Origin: Eledone cirrhosa | Lineage: Eukaryota | DNA: 64,000 nt | Assembly: GCA_964016885.1 (NCBI GenBank) | Contig: OZ024764.1 | Span: 3,472,001 to 3,536,000, forward strand | Direction of reading: 5' to 3' | In this document: positions 13,490-27,843 of the stretch, piece after piece | How positions within the stretch are numbered: position 1 is the first letter of the stretch | How the letters are laid out: each line of letters opens with the position of its first letter | Notes under the pieces: generated by a model | Databases searched by the model: none | What the model saw: only the letters and a program-made list of their open reading frames with translations | Told to the model about the DNA's origin: nothing | Program-made: the position numbers and the translations under genes

Positions 13490-16400
13490 CGATATTATGT
13501 GGGATAATTGTGTAAGTTAATGCCTTTACTGTGAAAATACAATAGTATATATAGAGTAATGTAAATGTTATGTGAGATATTATGTGAGGTAAAGCCTTTA
13601 CTGTGACAATACAATAGTATATATAGAGTAATGTAGATGTTATGTGAGATATTATGTGAGGTAAAGCCTTTACTGTGACAATACAATAGTATATATAGAG
13701 TAATGTAAATGTTATGTGAGATATTATGTGAGGTAAAGCCTTTACTGTGACAATACAATAGTATATATAGAGTAATGTAGATGTTATGTGAGATATTATG
13801 TGAGGTAAAGCCTTTACTGTGACAATACAATAGTATATATAGAGTAATGTAAATGTTATGTGAGATATTATGTGAGGTAAAGCCTTTACTGTGACAATAC
13901 AATAGTATATATAGAGTAATGTAGATGTTATGTGAGATATTATGTGAGGTAAAGCCTTTACTGTGACAATACAATAGTATATATAGAGTAATGTAAATGT
14001 TATGTGAGATATTATGTGAGGTAAAGCCTTTACTGTGACAATACAATAGTATATATAGAGTAATGTAGATGTTATGTGAGATATTATGTGAGGTAAAGCC
14101 TTTACTGTGACAATACAATAGTATATATAGAGTAATGTAAATGTTATGTGAGATATTATGTGAGGTAAAGCCTTTACTGTGACAATACAATAGTATATAT
14201 AGAGTAATGTAAATGTTATGTGAGATATTATGTGAGGTAAAGCCTTTAGTGTGAAAATACAATAGTATATATAGAGTAATGTAAATGTTATGTGAGATAT
14301 TATGTGAGGTAAAGCCTTTACTGTGACAATACAATAGTATATATAGAGTAATGTAAATGTTATGTGAGATATTATGTGAGGTAAAGCCTTTAGTGTGAAA
14401 ATACAATAGTATATATAGAGTAATGTAAATGTTATGTGAGATATTATGTGAGGTAAAGCCTTTACTGTGACAATACAATAGTATATATAGAGTAATGTAA
14501 ATGTTATGTGAGATATTATGTGAGGTAAAGCCTTTACTGTGACAATACAATAGTATATATAGAGTAATGTAAATGTTATGTGAGATATTATGTGAGGTAA
14601 AGCCTTTACTGTGACAATACAATAGTATATATAGAGTAATGTAAATGTTATGTGAGATATTATGTGAGGTAAAGCCTTTAGTGTGAAAATACAATAGTAT
14701 ATATAGAGTAATGTAAATGTTATGTGAGATATTATGTGAGGTAAAGCCTTTAGTGTGAAAATACAATAGTATATATAGAGTAATGTAAATGTTATGTGAG
14801 ATATTATGTGAGGTAAAGCCTTTACTGTGAAAATACAATAGTATATATAGAGTAATGTAAATGTTATGTGAGATATTATGTGAGGTAAAGCCTTTACTGT
14901 GAAAATACAATAGTATATATAGAGTAATGTAAATGTTATGTGAGATATTATGTGAGGTAAAGCCTTTACTGTGACAATACAATAGTATATATAGAGTAAT
15001 GTAAATGTTATGTGAGATATTATGTGAGGTAAAGCCTTTACTGTGACAATACAATAGTATATATAGAGTAATGTAAATGTTATGTGAGATATTATGTGAG
15101 GTAAAGCCTTTACTGTGACAATACAATAGTATATATAGAGTAATGTAAATGTTATGTGAGATATTATGTGAGGTAAAGCCTTTAGTGTGAAAATACAATA
15201 GTATATATAGAGTAATGTAAATGTTATGTGAGATATTATGTGAGGTAAAGCCTTTAGTGTGAAAATACAATAGTATATATAGAGTAATGTAAATGTTATG
15301 TGAGATATTATGTGAGGTAAAGCCTTTACTGTGAAAATACAATAGTATATATAGAGTAATGTAAATGTTATGTGAGATATTATGTGAGGTAAAGCCTTTA
15401 CTGTGAAAATACAATAGTATATATAGAGTAATGTAAATGTTATGTGAGATATTATGTGAGGTAAAGCCTTTACTGTGACAATACAATAGTATATATAGAG
15501 TAATGTAAATGTTATGTGAGATATTATGTGAGGTAAAGCCTTTACTGTGACAATACAATAGTATATATAGAGTAATGTAAATGTTATGTGAGATATTATG
15601 TGAGGTAAAGCCTTTAGTGTGAAAATACAATAGTATATATAGAGTAATGTAAATGTTATGTGAGATATTATGTGAGGTAAAGCCTTTAGTGTGAAAATAC
15701 AATAGTATATATAGAGTAATGTAAATGTTATGTGAGATATTATGTGAGGTAAAGCCTTTACTGTGAAAATACAATAGTATATATAGAGTAATGTAAATGT
15801 TATGTGAGATATTATGTGAGGTAAAGCCTTTACTGTGAAAATACAATAGTATATATAGAGTAATGTAAATGTTATGTGAGATATTATGTGAGGTAAAGCC
15901 TTTACTGTGACAATACAATAGTATATATAGAGTAATGTAAATGTTATGTGAGATATTATGTGAGGTAAAGCCTTTACTGTGACAATACAATAGTATATAT
16001 AGAGTAATGTAAATGTTATGTGAGATATTATGTGAGGTAAAGCCTTTAGTGTGAAAATACAATAGTATATATAGAGTAATGTAAATGTTATGTGAGATAT
16101 TATGTGAGGTAAAGCCTTTAGTGTGAAAATACAATAGTATATATAGAGTAATGTAAATGTTATGTGAGATATTATGTGAGGTAAAGCCTTTAGTGTGAAA
16201 ATACAATAGTATATATAGAGTAATGTAAATGTTATGTGAGGTATTATGTGAGGTCCTTTACTGTGAAAATACAATAGTATATATAGAGTAATGTAAATGT
16301 TATGTGAGATATTATGTGAGGTAAAGCCTTTTCTGTGAAAATACAATAGTATATATATAGAGTAATGTAAATGTTATGTGAGATATTATGTGATGGAAAG

Positions 16401-16957
16401 CCTTTACTGTGAAAATACAATAGTATATATAGAGTAATGTAAATGGTATGTGAGATATTATGTGAGGTAAAGCCTTTACTGTGAAAATACAATAGTATAT
16501 ATAGAGTAATGTAAATGTTATGTGAGATATTATGTGAGGTAAAGCCTTTACTGTGAAAATACAATAGTATATATAGAGTAATGTAAATGTTATGTGAGAT
16601 ATTATGTGATGGAAAGCCTTTACTGTGAAAATACAATAGTATATATAGAGTAATGTAAATGTTATGTGAGATATTATGTGAGGTAAAGCCTTTACTGTGA
16701 AAATACAATAGTATATATAGAGTAATGTAAATGTTATGTGAGATATTATGTGATGGAAAGCCTTTACTGTGAAAATACAATAGTATATATAGAGTAATGT
16801 AAATGTTACGTGAGATATTATGTGAGGTAAAGCCTTTACTGTGAAAATACAATAGTATATATAGAGTAATGTAAATGCTATGTGAGGTATTATGTGAGGT
16901 AAAGCCTTTACTGTGACAATACAATAGTATATATAGAGTAATGTAAATGCTAAAGGG
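13490..16957. repeat. 72-bp satellite, about 48 copies, with higher-order variant pattern
   Basis: Period 72 (13581/13653); highly homogeneous units; right end AAATGCTAAAGGG|TTAA. Confidence 0.97.
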
Positions 16958-17215
16958 TTAAGTAAGAAAAGACTCTGCATAGAGCCAATACCACTCTCTG
17001 AACATCAAATGCATTTACCCAAAAAGAAGAAATGTTCTACATCATTGGATGCAAAGAAAGTCGCAGGCTTTATGTCAGTGTGACCTTCTAGAGGGATGTC
17101 TTAATGAAGACTAGGAGTTTTCTGGCTCAAACAAACTTTATTGGATGGGTTTTGTTTTTCATCCCGCAGGCTGACCACATTCACCCTCCTCTCAAATATA
17201 TATAAATATATATAT

Positions 17216-17947
17216 CATCATCATCATCATCATCATCGTTTAATGTCCATCTTCCACGCTAGCATGGGTCTGGATGGGAATTGTCCCACTTGAGGCAAGA
17301 GTGGTTGTCCTGCTCGTATAGGACTGTCTGGCGGGTTTTCTACGGCTGGATGCCCTTCCTAACACCAACCACGTTTACAGTGTGGAACTGGGAGGTTTTT
17401 ACCGTGTTACCTACACGGCCACATTACAGCGTGGACTGTGTGTTTTTTTTGTTGTGACACCCACGCGACCTCATTTGTTTCGGGTTGGATGTTGTGGTAC
17501 CAACATAACTTTACATTGAAAGGGGTGGGGTGGATGGGTGGGGGGTAGTGGGACGAGGGGTGTATTTTTGTTAGAGGTGCCTACTGACTGTAGGTTTCGC
17601 TTCGTACTTAGGTAAGGCGGGTCTTCTCTATTACTGTGTAGCGCCAAAGATCTCGGTCCAGTGACATTGTCTTGGAGAGTTGTAAGTGTGTGAGGTCGGA
17701 ATTTATCAAGTCGTCTCAGGTTTTTCTGGGTCTGCCTACTCCGTGGCTACTGTCCATTTTTATCGCCCTGCACTTTTTTATACAGCTGTCGTCTGTGGTG
17801 GTGAGAACAGACCTCAGATCGTTGAAGCTTACGGTGGAGATGACGAAGGACCGTGACGAGTGGAGAGATGCTGTGCTGAATAAGACCCGTCCCACCCTTG
17901 CAAGTAGGGAAAAGTGGACATAAAATGATGATGATGATGATGATGAT
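17216..17947. mobile_element. Two RTE 3' fragments joined head-to-head (17216-17793 minus; 17794-17947 plus)
   Basis: (CAT)n and (GAT)n tails at the outer ends; homology to both RTE families in the window. Confidence 0.8.
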
Positions 17948-18148
17948 TACCTTAAACAATACCTTTATACACAATATGCTTATTTTTCAATTTTCACCAG
18001 TGCTCCTTGTAATTGTGTTTTCTGAAGTATAACATTCTTTTTTAACTCCCGATTCTCTACATGATGTCTAGGACACTAACAACAGTTATGTATCTACCTA
18101 AATGTTCTGAAGACTAGGATTTTAATCACATGTTTAAACATTCCCTAT

Positions 18149-18480
18149 CATTCATTTCATTTTACGTCCACTTTTCCCTGCCTGCAAGGGTGGGACGGGA
18201 ACTGATTCTGGCTTGATTTCTACAGCTGGATGCCCTCCCTAACACCAACCTCATTTACAGTGAGTGCTGGGTGCTTTTTTGCCGTGGCACCTGCACGACC
18301 ACTTTGCAGTGGAATGATAGGGACCCCAGTCCCTATCATCTCATTTCTACAGCTGAGTAAACTGGAGCAATGTGAAATAAAGTGTCTTGCTCAAGGAAAC
18401 AATACATCACCCGGTCTGAGAATTGAACTCACAACCTTTCGATTGCAAGGCCAATGCTCTAACCACTAAGCCATGTGCCT
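18149..18480 (-). mobile_element. tRNA-derived CORE-type SINE with RTE-derived tail
   Basis: Head ggcttagtggttagagc..gagttcaatt, CORE-like ccttgagcaagacact..ctcagctgtagaaatgag; flanking direct repeat tccctat. Confidence 0.85.
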
Positions 18481-18485
18481 CCCTA

Positions 18486-18532
18486 TGCTCCGATGATTCC
18501 AGACTTCCCTCTGGAAGAAACAATTGTCAGCA
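18486..18532 (+). ncRNA. Minimal type I hammerhead ribozyme, CCGAUGA core variant
   Basis: tgct-CCGATGA-ttccaga(cttccc)tctggaa-GAAA-caattg-TC-agca, followed by AATAAA. Confidence 0.75.
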
Positions 18533-18700
18533 AATAAATGTATTAAACTAAGATTTGATTGTTTTAATATTTGTATCTCGGCTCTGTAAAACACTTGATA
18601 ATTTACATTGAGCCTTGTCATACCTGTAACTGGCTAACACTTAGTACTACCCTCCATATTTATAATTGTATATTAAATATTATTATTATTACTATATATA

Positions 18701-18892
18701 GGTGGTGGATTGGCAGTATCAGTAGAGGGTCGGACGCCATGCTTTCCAGCATAGTTACGTCCCTTTACGATCTGCGTTCAAATCCCGGCGAGGTTGAATT
18801 TGTCTTTCATCCTTACGGGGTCGATAAAATAAAGTACCAGTAATGCACTGAGTAATTGCTGGCCTTGTGTCTAAAGTAGAAACAATTATTAT

Positions 18893-18893
<1 letters not shown>
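18701..18893 (+). mobile_element. tRNA-derived SINE with Deu/Nin-like domain
   Basis: gttcaaatccc..ctttcatccttacggggtcgataaaataaagtaccag, (ATT)n tail; copies at 22333, 30866 and 54399. Confidence 0.75.
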
Positions 18894-18932
<39 letters not shown>

Positions 18933-19143
18933 CCATGGAGTTCAGAAGATCTCGTTAAAGGTGAAAGCAGCAATTTCTTGCTTAAACTTTAATCTGTTCT
19001 TATAATAAATATATATATGTATATATATCCGGGAGCTTCCAACAGTAATGGTTATATGTATATATATCCGGGAGCTTCCAACAGTAATGGTTGCATTCTT
19101 TAAGGGTATGTCAATATTTATCTATAAAGCTGCTCTATATTAT

Positions 19144-19206
19144 ATTTTATCTGATGAAAGCACACCATAATTTAACTTGGTGTCCTTGAAATATGTATAA
19201 TGAAAT
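19144..19206 (+). ncRNA. Minimal type I hammerhead ribozyme
   Basis: attttat-CTGATGA-aag.acacca(loop)tggtgt.ctt-GAAA-tatgta-TA-atgaaat; the element continues about 130 bp into (TA)n. Confidence 0.75.
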
Positions 19207-19353
19207 AAATATGGTTTTATAAATATAGTTTCCATTTGGTAATATCGTATTTTTACTCCAATTATTTGTTGAGTGCTTTATATCAGTTATAAAAATATTT
19301 GCTTGTTGTATCCGAACAATTTAAATTGAACTTTTACATATATGTATATATAT

Positions 19354-19724
<371 letters not shown>

Positions 19725-19730
19725 ATATAT

Positions 19731-20503
19731 ATCATCATCATCATCATCATCACCGTTTTACGTCCGTTCTTCCACGCTAGCATGGGTTAGACGGGTTGTC
19801 CTGTTGTGTGCAGTGTCTGGTCGGCTGACCATGCCTTGCTCATACAGGAACTGATCTGGCTTGATTTCTACAGCTGGATGCCCTTCCTAACACCAACCTC
19901 ATTTACAGTGAGTGCTGGGTGCTTTTTCGTGGCGCCTACATGTCCACTTTACAGTGTGGGCTGGGTGCTATTTTGCCGTGGCACCTCCACGACCACCTTG
20001 CGGTGGGGGTGGGGGGGGCATATTGTTTATATGCTTCAGCATGTACCCATGGGAGGTCGGGTACCCTGTATTACTGCGTGACGCCAGAAGTCACGGTCGT
20101 GTGTCATTGACTTTGAGAGGTGTAGTTGGGTAAGGTCGGCTTTTATCACCTCATCCCAGGTCATCTTGGGTCTCCCCACTCCGCGGTTTCCATCAACTTC
20201 TAGTGCTCTGCACCTTTTTATGCAGCTGTCATCCTTCATACGCATCACATGTCCATACCAGCGTAACCGCCTCTCCTGCACACAGCATTTGATTCCTCTT
20301 ATGCTCAGTCTCTCTCTCAATTCCTTTATGCTTTGTCGTTCACGTATATTACTGTTACACATCCATCGGAGCATGCAGGCTTCGTTTCTCTCTAATCTAC
20401 GTAAGTCTTCCACCTTCAGCGCCCAGGTCTCACTACCATGCAACATCGCTGTTTGGATACACGCATCGTACAGTCTGCCTTTCATTCTGAGGGAGAAGCC
20501 TTC
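19731..20503 (-). mobile_element. 5'-truncated RTE LINE
   Basis: ORF 20036-20485(-) [26 protein letters not shown]; (GAT)n tail. Confidence 0.9.
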
Positions 20504-20606
20504 ACCTTATATATAGTAATAATAATAAATTTGAAGACTAAAATCCAAAGAGGGCTCGATAAGGATAAATATATATCAAATATATAAGAACCGTAGAGCA
20601 AATATT

Positions 20607-20725
20607 TATTAAAATAACAGATTAAAGTTTAAGCAAAGAATCGCTGCTTTCACCCTTAACGGGATCTTCTGAATAAAGGTGAAAGCAGCGATTCTTTGCT
20701 TAAACTTTAATCTGTTATTTTAATA
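20607..20725. repeat. Fold-back with 48-bp arms; family also at 18935-19005
   Basis: 20607-20654 is inverted at 20678-20725; ends in (TA)n. Confidence 0.8.
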
Positions 20726-20751
20726 TATATATATATATATATATATACACT

Positions 20752-21775
20752 TTCCGTTACCTAGGTGACAAAATCAGCAGTGATGGAGGGTGTTCTGAAA
20801 GTACAGTAGCCAGAGTCAAAACGGGATGGAAAAAGTTCAGAGAGCTTATACCGCTGTTGGCCACAAAAGGTTTCTCTCTAAAAATGAAAGGCAGGCTGTA
20901 TGATGCCTGCATACGAACAGCAATGCTACATGGCAGTGAGACATGGGCATTGTGTGCAGAGGATATACGCAGACTGGAAAGGAACGAAGCATGCATGCTC
21001 CGTTGGTTGTGTAACTGTAATATATGTGAACGACAAAGCATAAATGAACTAAGGGAGAAATTGGAATAAGAAGGATCAGATGCTGTTTACTCGAGAGAAG
21101 ACTACGTTGCTATGGTCACGTGATGCGCATGAAAGACGACAGCTGTATAAAAAAGTGCAGGGCGATCAAAATTGATGGTAGTTACGGAGTAGGTAGACCC
21201 AGAAAAATCTGGGACGATGTAATAAATTCCGACTTTACACACTTACACCTCTCTAAGACAATGTCACTGGACCGAGATCTTTGGCACTACGCAGTAATAC
21301 AGAAGACCCGCCTTGCTTATGTACAAAGCGAAACCTACAGTCAGTAGGCACCTCTTAACCAAATATACACCCCAATCCACTACCCTATCCACCAACACCA
21401 CCCTCTCTCTGTAAAGTTGGTACCACAACATCCAGTCCAAATAAATGAGATAAATGAGATCGAGATCGTGTAGGTAACACAACAAAAACACACAGTCCAC
21501 GCTGTAATGTGGCCGTGTAGGTGTCACGACAAAAACACGCAGTCCACGCTGTAATGTGGCCGTGTAGGTAACAGTAAAAAGTTCCCAGTTCCACACTGTA
21601 AATGTGGTTGGTGTTAGGAAGGGCATCCAGCCGTAGAAAACCTGCCAGACAGTCCTATATGAGCAAGACACGGGCACCTGACCAACCTTGCCTCAAGTGG
21701 GACAATTCCCGTCTAACCCATGCTAGCGTGGAAGATGGACGTTAAACAAAGATGATGATGATGATGATGATGATG
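20752..21775 (+). mobile_element. 5'-truncated RTE LINE
   Basis: FRYLGDKISSDGGC..GWKKFREL..; 3' UTR and (GAT)n tail. Confidence 0.9.
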
Positions 21776-21912
21776 AGATATATATATATATATATATACA
21801 ATGATATTAAATAAATGGAAACTATATTTATAAAACCATATTTATTCTATTATATATATTTTAAGGGTAAAAAACAAAGTTTGTTTTATAAATATTTATG
21901 AAACAAACTTTG

Positions 21913-21973
21913 TATTTTATCTGATGATAACGTGCCAAAATTTTGGTACCATTGAAATATATATAATAGAATA
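21913..21973 (+). ncRNA. Minimal type I hammerhead ribozyme inside a fold-back element (21803-22111)
   Basis: tattttat-CTGATGA-taac.gtgcca/tggtac.catt-GAAA-tatata-TA-atagaata; the downstream sequence is inverted at about 21803-21862; same family as 19144 and 45355-45540. Confidence 0.7.
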
Positions 21974-22112
21974 AATATGGTTTTATAAATATAGTTTCCA
22001 TTTATTTAATACCATTGATATTATACTCCAGGAAAAATCTGTTGAGTGCTTTGAATCAGTTATAAACATTTATATTTGTTGAATTACCAACAAATTAAAT
22101 ATCCCTTTTGCT

Positions 22113-22143
<31 letters not shown>

Positions 22144-22332
22144 ATAAATTAACGGAGGCATAGGCCGCCATGAAACATATCTTTGGATTTGTACGTGTGT
22201 TATATAGTTATAAAGGTATTTATTTACGCTTTAATTTATATTTTTAATTATCGTGTCTATAGTCTGCCTTTCATAGGTTATAGATTCCATACACTGGTGG
22301 TTTTTTCCCTGTATTATTGATAACCCCAAAAG

Positions 22333-22522
22333 GGCGGTGGATTGGCAGTATCGGTAGAGGGTCGGACGCCATGCTTTCCAGCATAGTTACGTCCCTTTAC
22401 GATCTGAGTTCAAATCCCGCCGAGGTTGACTTTGCCTTTCATCCTTACGGGGTCGATAAAATAAAGTACCAGTAATGCACTGGGTAATTGCTGGCCTTGT
22501 GCCTAAAGTAGAAACAATTATT
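22333..22522 (+). mobile_element. Deu/Nin-like SINE copy
   Basis: Matches 18701-18893. Confidence 0.75.
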
Positions 22523-22598
22523 GATAACGCACTATATATCTCTCTCTGGTGTGTTACCTTCTCAACATATTATATATATATATATATATATACATCAT

Positions 22599-22632
<34 letters not shown>

Positions 22633-22671
22633 TTAGAGAGAGAGAGAGAGAGAGAGAGGAAGAGAGATAGA

Positions 22672-22722
<51 letters not shown>

Positions 22723-23098
22723 TAGATATATATAGATATATATATGGTGGCTGCCAACTCGTTTTCGAGTACGGCCACTACTTTATATCTTTGTAGGAGA
22801 ACCCCTACCGATGCGCTGAACGATTGTGTATATATATATATATACACACGCATACACAGATATACACAGACACACACACATATTATATTCTATTCTATGT
22901 CCGTCTGTATGTCTTGTTCTACTTTCTTGCTGCACGTCCACCCCGCCCCACCCGCACTGTTGGCCCAGTGCCAGAGCAGCATGTTACCCCGTTAAAAATA
23001 CGCCAGTCCCCCAAATATTTACACGGCCAACACAATAATGAGTTCTTTATCACAGATTTACAGCAAAACATTACGACAGTACAGGGCAGAACATAGGC

Positions 23099-24823
23099 TG
23101 GGTGTGGTGTGGTGTGGTGGTGTGTTGCTGTGGTGGTGTGGTGTTGTGGTGTGTGGTGGTGGTGGTGGTGGTGGTGTGTGGTGGTGGTGGTGGTGTGGTG
23201 GTGGTGGTGTGGTGGTGTGTTGTTGTGGTGGTGTGGTGTGGTGGTGTGTTGTGGTGGTGGTGGTGGTGGTGTGTGGTGGTGGTGGTGGTGGTGTGGTGGT
23301 GGTGTGTGGTGGTGGTGTGTTGCTGTGGTGGTGTGGTGTGGTGGTGTGTTGCTGTGGTGGTGTGGTGTGGTGGTGTGGTGTGGTGGTGGTGGTGGTGGTG
23401 TGGTGGTGGTGTGTGGTGGTGGTGTGTTGTGTTGCTGTGGTGGTGTGTTGCGGTGGTGGTGTGGTGTGGTGGTGTGTTGTGGTGGTGTGTTGTGGTAGTG
23501 TGGTGTGTGGTGGTGGTGTGTGGTGGTGGTGTGGTGGTGTGTGGTGGTGTGGTGGTGTGTGGTGGTGGTGGTGGTGGTGTGGTGGTGGTGGTGGTGTGGT
23601 GGCGGTGTGGTGTGGTGGTGTGTTGCTGTGGTGGTGTGTTGCTGTGGTGGTGTGGTGTGGTGGTGTGTTGTGGTGGTGTGGTGGTGTGTGGTGGTGGTGG
23701 TGTGGTGGTGGTGTGTGGTGGTGGTGTGTTGGTGGTGGTGTGGTGGTGTGTTGTGTTGCTGTGGTGGTGTGTTGCGGTGGTGTGTTGTGGTGTGGTGGTG
23801 TGTTGTGGTGGTGTGTTGTGGTAGTGTGGTGTGTGGTGGTGGTGGTGTGGTGGTGGTGTGTGGTGGTGGTGTGGTGGTGTGTTGTGTTGCTGTGGTGGTG
23901 TGTTGTGGTGGTGTGTTGTGGTAGTGTGGTGTGTGGTGGTGGTGTGTTGTGGTGGTGTGTTGTGGTGGTGGTGTGGTGGTGTGGTGTGGTGGTGTGGTGT
24001 GGTGGTGTGTTGTGGTGGTGTGGTGGTGTGTGGTGGTGGTGGTGTGGTGGTGGTGTGGTGGTGTGTTGTGTTGCTGTGGTGGTGTGTTGCGGTGGTGTGT
24101 TGTGGTGTGGTGGTGTGTTGTGGTAGTGTGGTGTGTGGTGGTGGTGTGGTGGTGTGTTGTGGTGGTGTGGTGGTGTGTGGTGGTGTGGTGTTGTGGTGTG
24201 TTGTGGTGTGTGGTGGTGTGTTGTGTTGCTGTGGTGTGGTGTGTTGTGGTGGTGTGGTGGTGTGTTGTGGTGGTGTGTTGTGATTGTGTGGTGGTCGTGT
24301 GTTGTGGTGGTGTGGTGGTGGTGTGGTGTGTTGCTGTGGTGGTGTGCTGCTGTGGTGTGTGGTGGTGTGTGGTGCTGTGTGGTGGTGTGTGGTGGTGTGT
24401 GTGTGGTGGTGTGTTGTGGTGGTGTGGTGGTGTGTTGTGGTGGTGTGTTGTGGTGGTGTGGTGGTGTGTTGTGGTGGTGTGTTGTGGTGGTGTGGTGGTG
24501 TGTTGTGGTGGTGTGTTGTGGTGGTGTGGTGGTGTGTGGTGCTGTGGTGGTGTGTTGTGGTGGTGTGGTGGTGGTGTGGTGTGTTGCTGTGGTGGTGTGC
24601 TGCTGTGGTGCGTGTGTGGTGGTGTGTGTGTGGTGGTGTGGTGGTGGTGTGTGTGTGTTGCTGTGTGTGTGTCGGTGTGTGTGGTGGTGTGTGGTGGTGT
24701 GTGTGTTGCTGTGTGTGTGGTGGTGTGTGTGTTGGTGTGTGTGTGTGTGTGTGTGTGTTGGTGTGTGTGTGTGTTGGTGTGTGTGTGTGTGTGTGTTGCT
24801 GCATGTGTGTGTGTGTGTGTGTT

Positions 24824-24857
<34 letters not shown>

Positions 24858-24870
24858 GGTGTGTGTGTGT
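23099..24870. repeat. (GGT/GT)n low-complexity array
   Basis: Directly visible. Confidence 0.95.
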
Positions 24871-24968
24871 TTTGCTTGTAAACAAATTTTAACAATGTTA
24901 AAATTGTGTACAGTGCTCAGGTGCACTACAATTCATCAAAGGTGCATGTATAGTACATAGGATAATGA

Positions 24969-25680
24969 AGAAATAGCAGCCAAATCTCCCTCAAATCACA
25001 CCCTACTGTCTTAAGTATGAGGGAGACCTCTACATGGTAGCTAGACCTGCTAGAAATAGCAGCCAAATCTCCCTCAAATCACACCCTACTGTCTTAAGTA
25101 TGAGGGCGACCTCTACATGGTAGCTAGACCTGGTAGAAATAGTAGCCAAATCTCCCTCAAATCACACCCTACTGTCTTATGTATGAGGGAGACCTCTACA
25201 TGGTAGCTAGACCTGGTAGAAATAGTAGCCAAATCTCCCTCAAATCACACCCTACTGTCTTATGTATGAGGGAGACCTCTACATGGTAGCTAGACCTGGT
25301 AGAAATAGTAGCCAAATCTCCCTCAAATCACATCCTACTGTCTTATGTATGAGGGAGACCTCTACATGGTAGCTAGACCTGCTAGAAATAGCAGCCAAAT
25401 CTCCCTCAAATCACATCCTACTGTCTTATGTATGAGGGGGACCTCTACATGGTCGCTAGACCTGGTAGAAATAGTAGCCAAATCTCCCTCAAGTCACATC
25501 CTACTGTCTTATGTATGAGGGAGACCTCTACATGGTAGCTAGACCTGGTAGAAATAGTAGCCAAATCTCCCTCAAATAACACCCTACAGTCTTATGTATG
25601 AGGGAGGCCTCTACATGGTAGCTAGACCTGGTAGAAATAGCAGCCAAATCTCCCTACTGTCTATATGGTAGCTAGATCTA
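24969..25680. repeat. 83-bp tandem repeat, about 8 copies
   Basis: Period 83 (24971/25054/25137); unit contains gctagacctg(c/g)tagaaatagcagccaaatctccctcaaatcacac. Confidence 0.95.
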
Positions 25681-25846
25681 TCTACAGTTGAAGCCAACAG
25701 CTTATACAGAACAGATTCTTCTCTGCTACTCCCTCTGTAGGCAGTGACACAGCTGAGGTCAACACTAAGAGAGAAAGAAAGAAAACTACATACAAAAATG
25801 TCAACTTTTCTTCCTAAATATGTATGTAAAAACAATATTTTCCCCC

Positions 25847-26537
25847 ATCATCATCATCATCATCATCATCATCACCGTTTTACGTCCGTTCTTCCACGCT
25901 AGCATGGGTTAGACGGGTTGTCCTGTTGTGGGCAGTGTCTGGTCGGCTGACCATGCCCTGCTCATACAGGAACTGATCTGGCTTGATTTCTACAGCTGGA
26001 TGCCCTTCCTAACACCAACCTCATTTACAGTGAGTGCTGGGTGCTTTTTCGTGGCGCCTACACGTCCACTTTACAGTGTGGGCTGGGTGCTTTTTTTGCC
26101 GTGGCACCTCCACGACCACCTTGCGGTGGGGTGTGTGGGGACATATTGTTTATATGCTTCAGCATGTACCCATGGGAGGTCGGGTACTCTGTATTACTGC
26201 GTGACGCCAGAAGTCACGGTCGTGTGTCATTGTCTTTGAGAGGTGTAGTTGGGTAAGGTCGGCTTTTATCACCTCATCCCAGGTCATCTTGGGTCTCCCC
26301 ACTCCGCGGTTTCCATCAACTTCTAGTGCTCTGCACCTTTTTATGCAGCTATCATCCTTCATACGCATCACATGTCCATACCAGCGCAACCGCCTCTCCT
26401 GCACACAGCATTTGATTCCTCTTATGCTCAGTCTCTCTCTCAATTCATTTATGCTTTGTCGTTCACGTATATTACTGTTACACATCCATCGGAGCATGCA
26501 GGCTTCGTTTCTCTCTAATCTACGTAAGTCTTCCACC
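25847..26537 (-). mobile_element. 5'-truncated RTE LINE
   Basis: Near-identical to 19731-20415. Confidence 0.9.
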
Positions 26538-26777
26538 CATATTCTTATTATTCTTATTAATATGCAATCTAATTGTATTATACACTTCCATCGTGTGAAA
26601 AAGCGTACAAGCTGAAACCAGTACAATTAATGCAGAAATTCCTATTTTGTAAATAAATAAATGTTGTAATATTATTCTGAGAGAAAATCCTTTTAGCATT
26701 TTCTATGTTTTTTTCTTTTTTTACTATTTTTCTATGAATATCAACTCATGTGTCACTTCTCTACATTCTATATATTA

Positions 26778-27351
26778 TCATCATCATCATCATCATTTTA
26801 CGTCCGCTTTTCCCTGCGTGCAAGGGTGGGAAGGGAACTGATTCTGGCTTTATTTCTAACACCAACCTCATTTACAGTGAGTGCTGGGTGCTTTTTTGCG
26901 GTGGCGCCTACACGTCTGAGATGCACGATGCTGCATGGTAGTGAGACATGGACAGCAACTGCAGAAGATATGCGACGGCTGGAGAGAAATGAAGCAAGTA
27001 TGCTCCGTTGGATGTGTAATTTCAATGTGCGTGAACGACCAAGCATAGACGAGTTGAGAAAGAAACTGGGTATAAGAGGGATAAGTTGTGGTGTGCAGGA
27101 GAGAAGACTGAGGTGGTATGGACATGTGATGTACATGGAGGATGACCGATGGGTGAAGAAGTGCCTGGAAGTCCCAGTGGAAGGAAGAAGCAGTAGAGGA
27201 AGACCACGAAAAACTTGGGCGGAGGTGGTGAGAGCAGACCTCAGATCGCTGAAACTCACCGAGGAGATGGCGAAGGACCGTGACAAGTGGAGAGATGCTA
27301 GGCTGAATAGGACCCGTCCAACCCTTGCAAGCAGGGAAAAGCGAACATAAA

Positions 27352-27381
<30 letters not shown>
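26778..27381. mobile_element. SINE/RTE tail (minus, 26778-26915) fused to a truncated RTE (plus, ~26921-27381)
   Basis: [24 protein letters not shown] then (GAT)n. Confidence 0.8.
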
Positions 27382-27383
<2 letters not shown>

Positions 27384-27466
27384 ATATGTGTGTGTGTGTG
27401 TGTGTGTATATACATATACATATCTATATCTATATATACATATTTATATATATACATATACGTATC

Positions 27467-27498
<32 letters not shown>

Positions 27499-27502
27499 CG
27501 TA

Positions 27503-27544
<42 letters not shown>

Positions 27545-27730
27545 CGTATCTCTCTCTCTCTCTATATATATATATATACATATATATGTGTGTGGATATA
27601 TATATATATATCAGTTCCCGTATGAGCAAGACAAGGTCAGCCGACTGGACACTGCCCACAACAGGACAACCCGTCTAACCATTGCTACCGTGGAAGAACG
27701 GACATAAAATGATGATGATCATGATGATGA

Positions 27731-27785
<55 letters not shown>

Positions 27786-27843
27786 AAGGCTCTGATACCA
27801 TCAACACTATAAACACAGAGCTGGCATATCTAAGAACTGACTA

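Noticed and set aside
13449-16346. 965-aa and 903-aa ORFs
   Set aside because: Translation of the 72-bp satellite (24-aa period) that happens to lack stops; no protein-like composition
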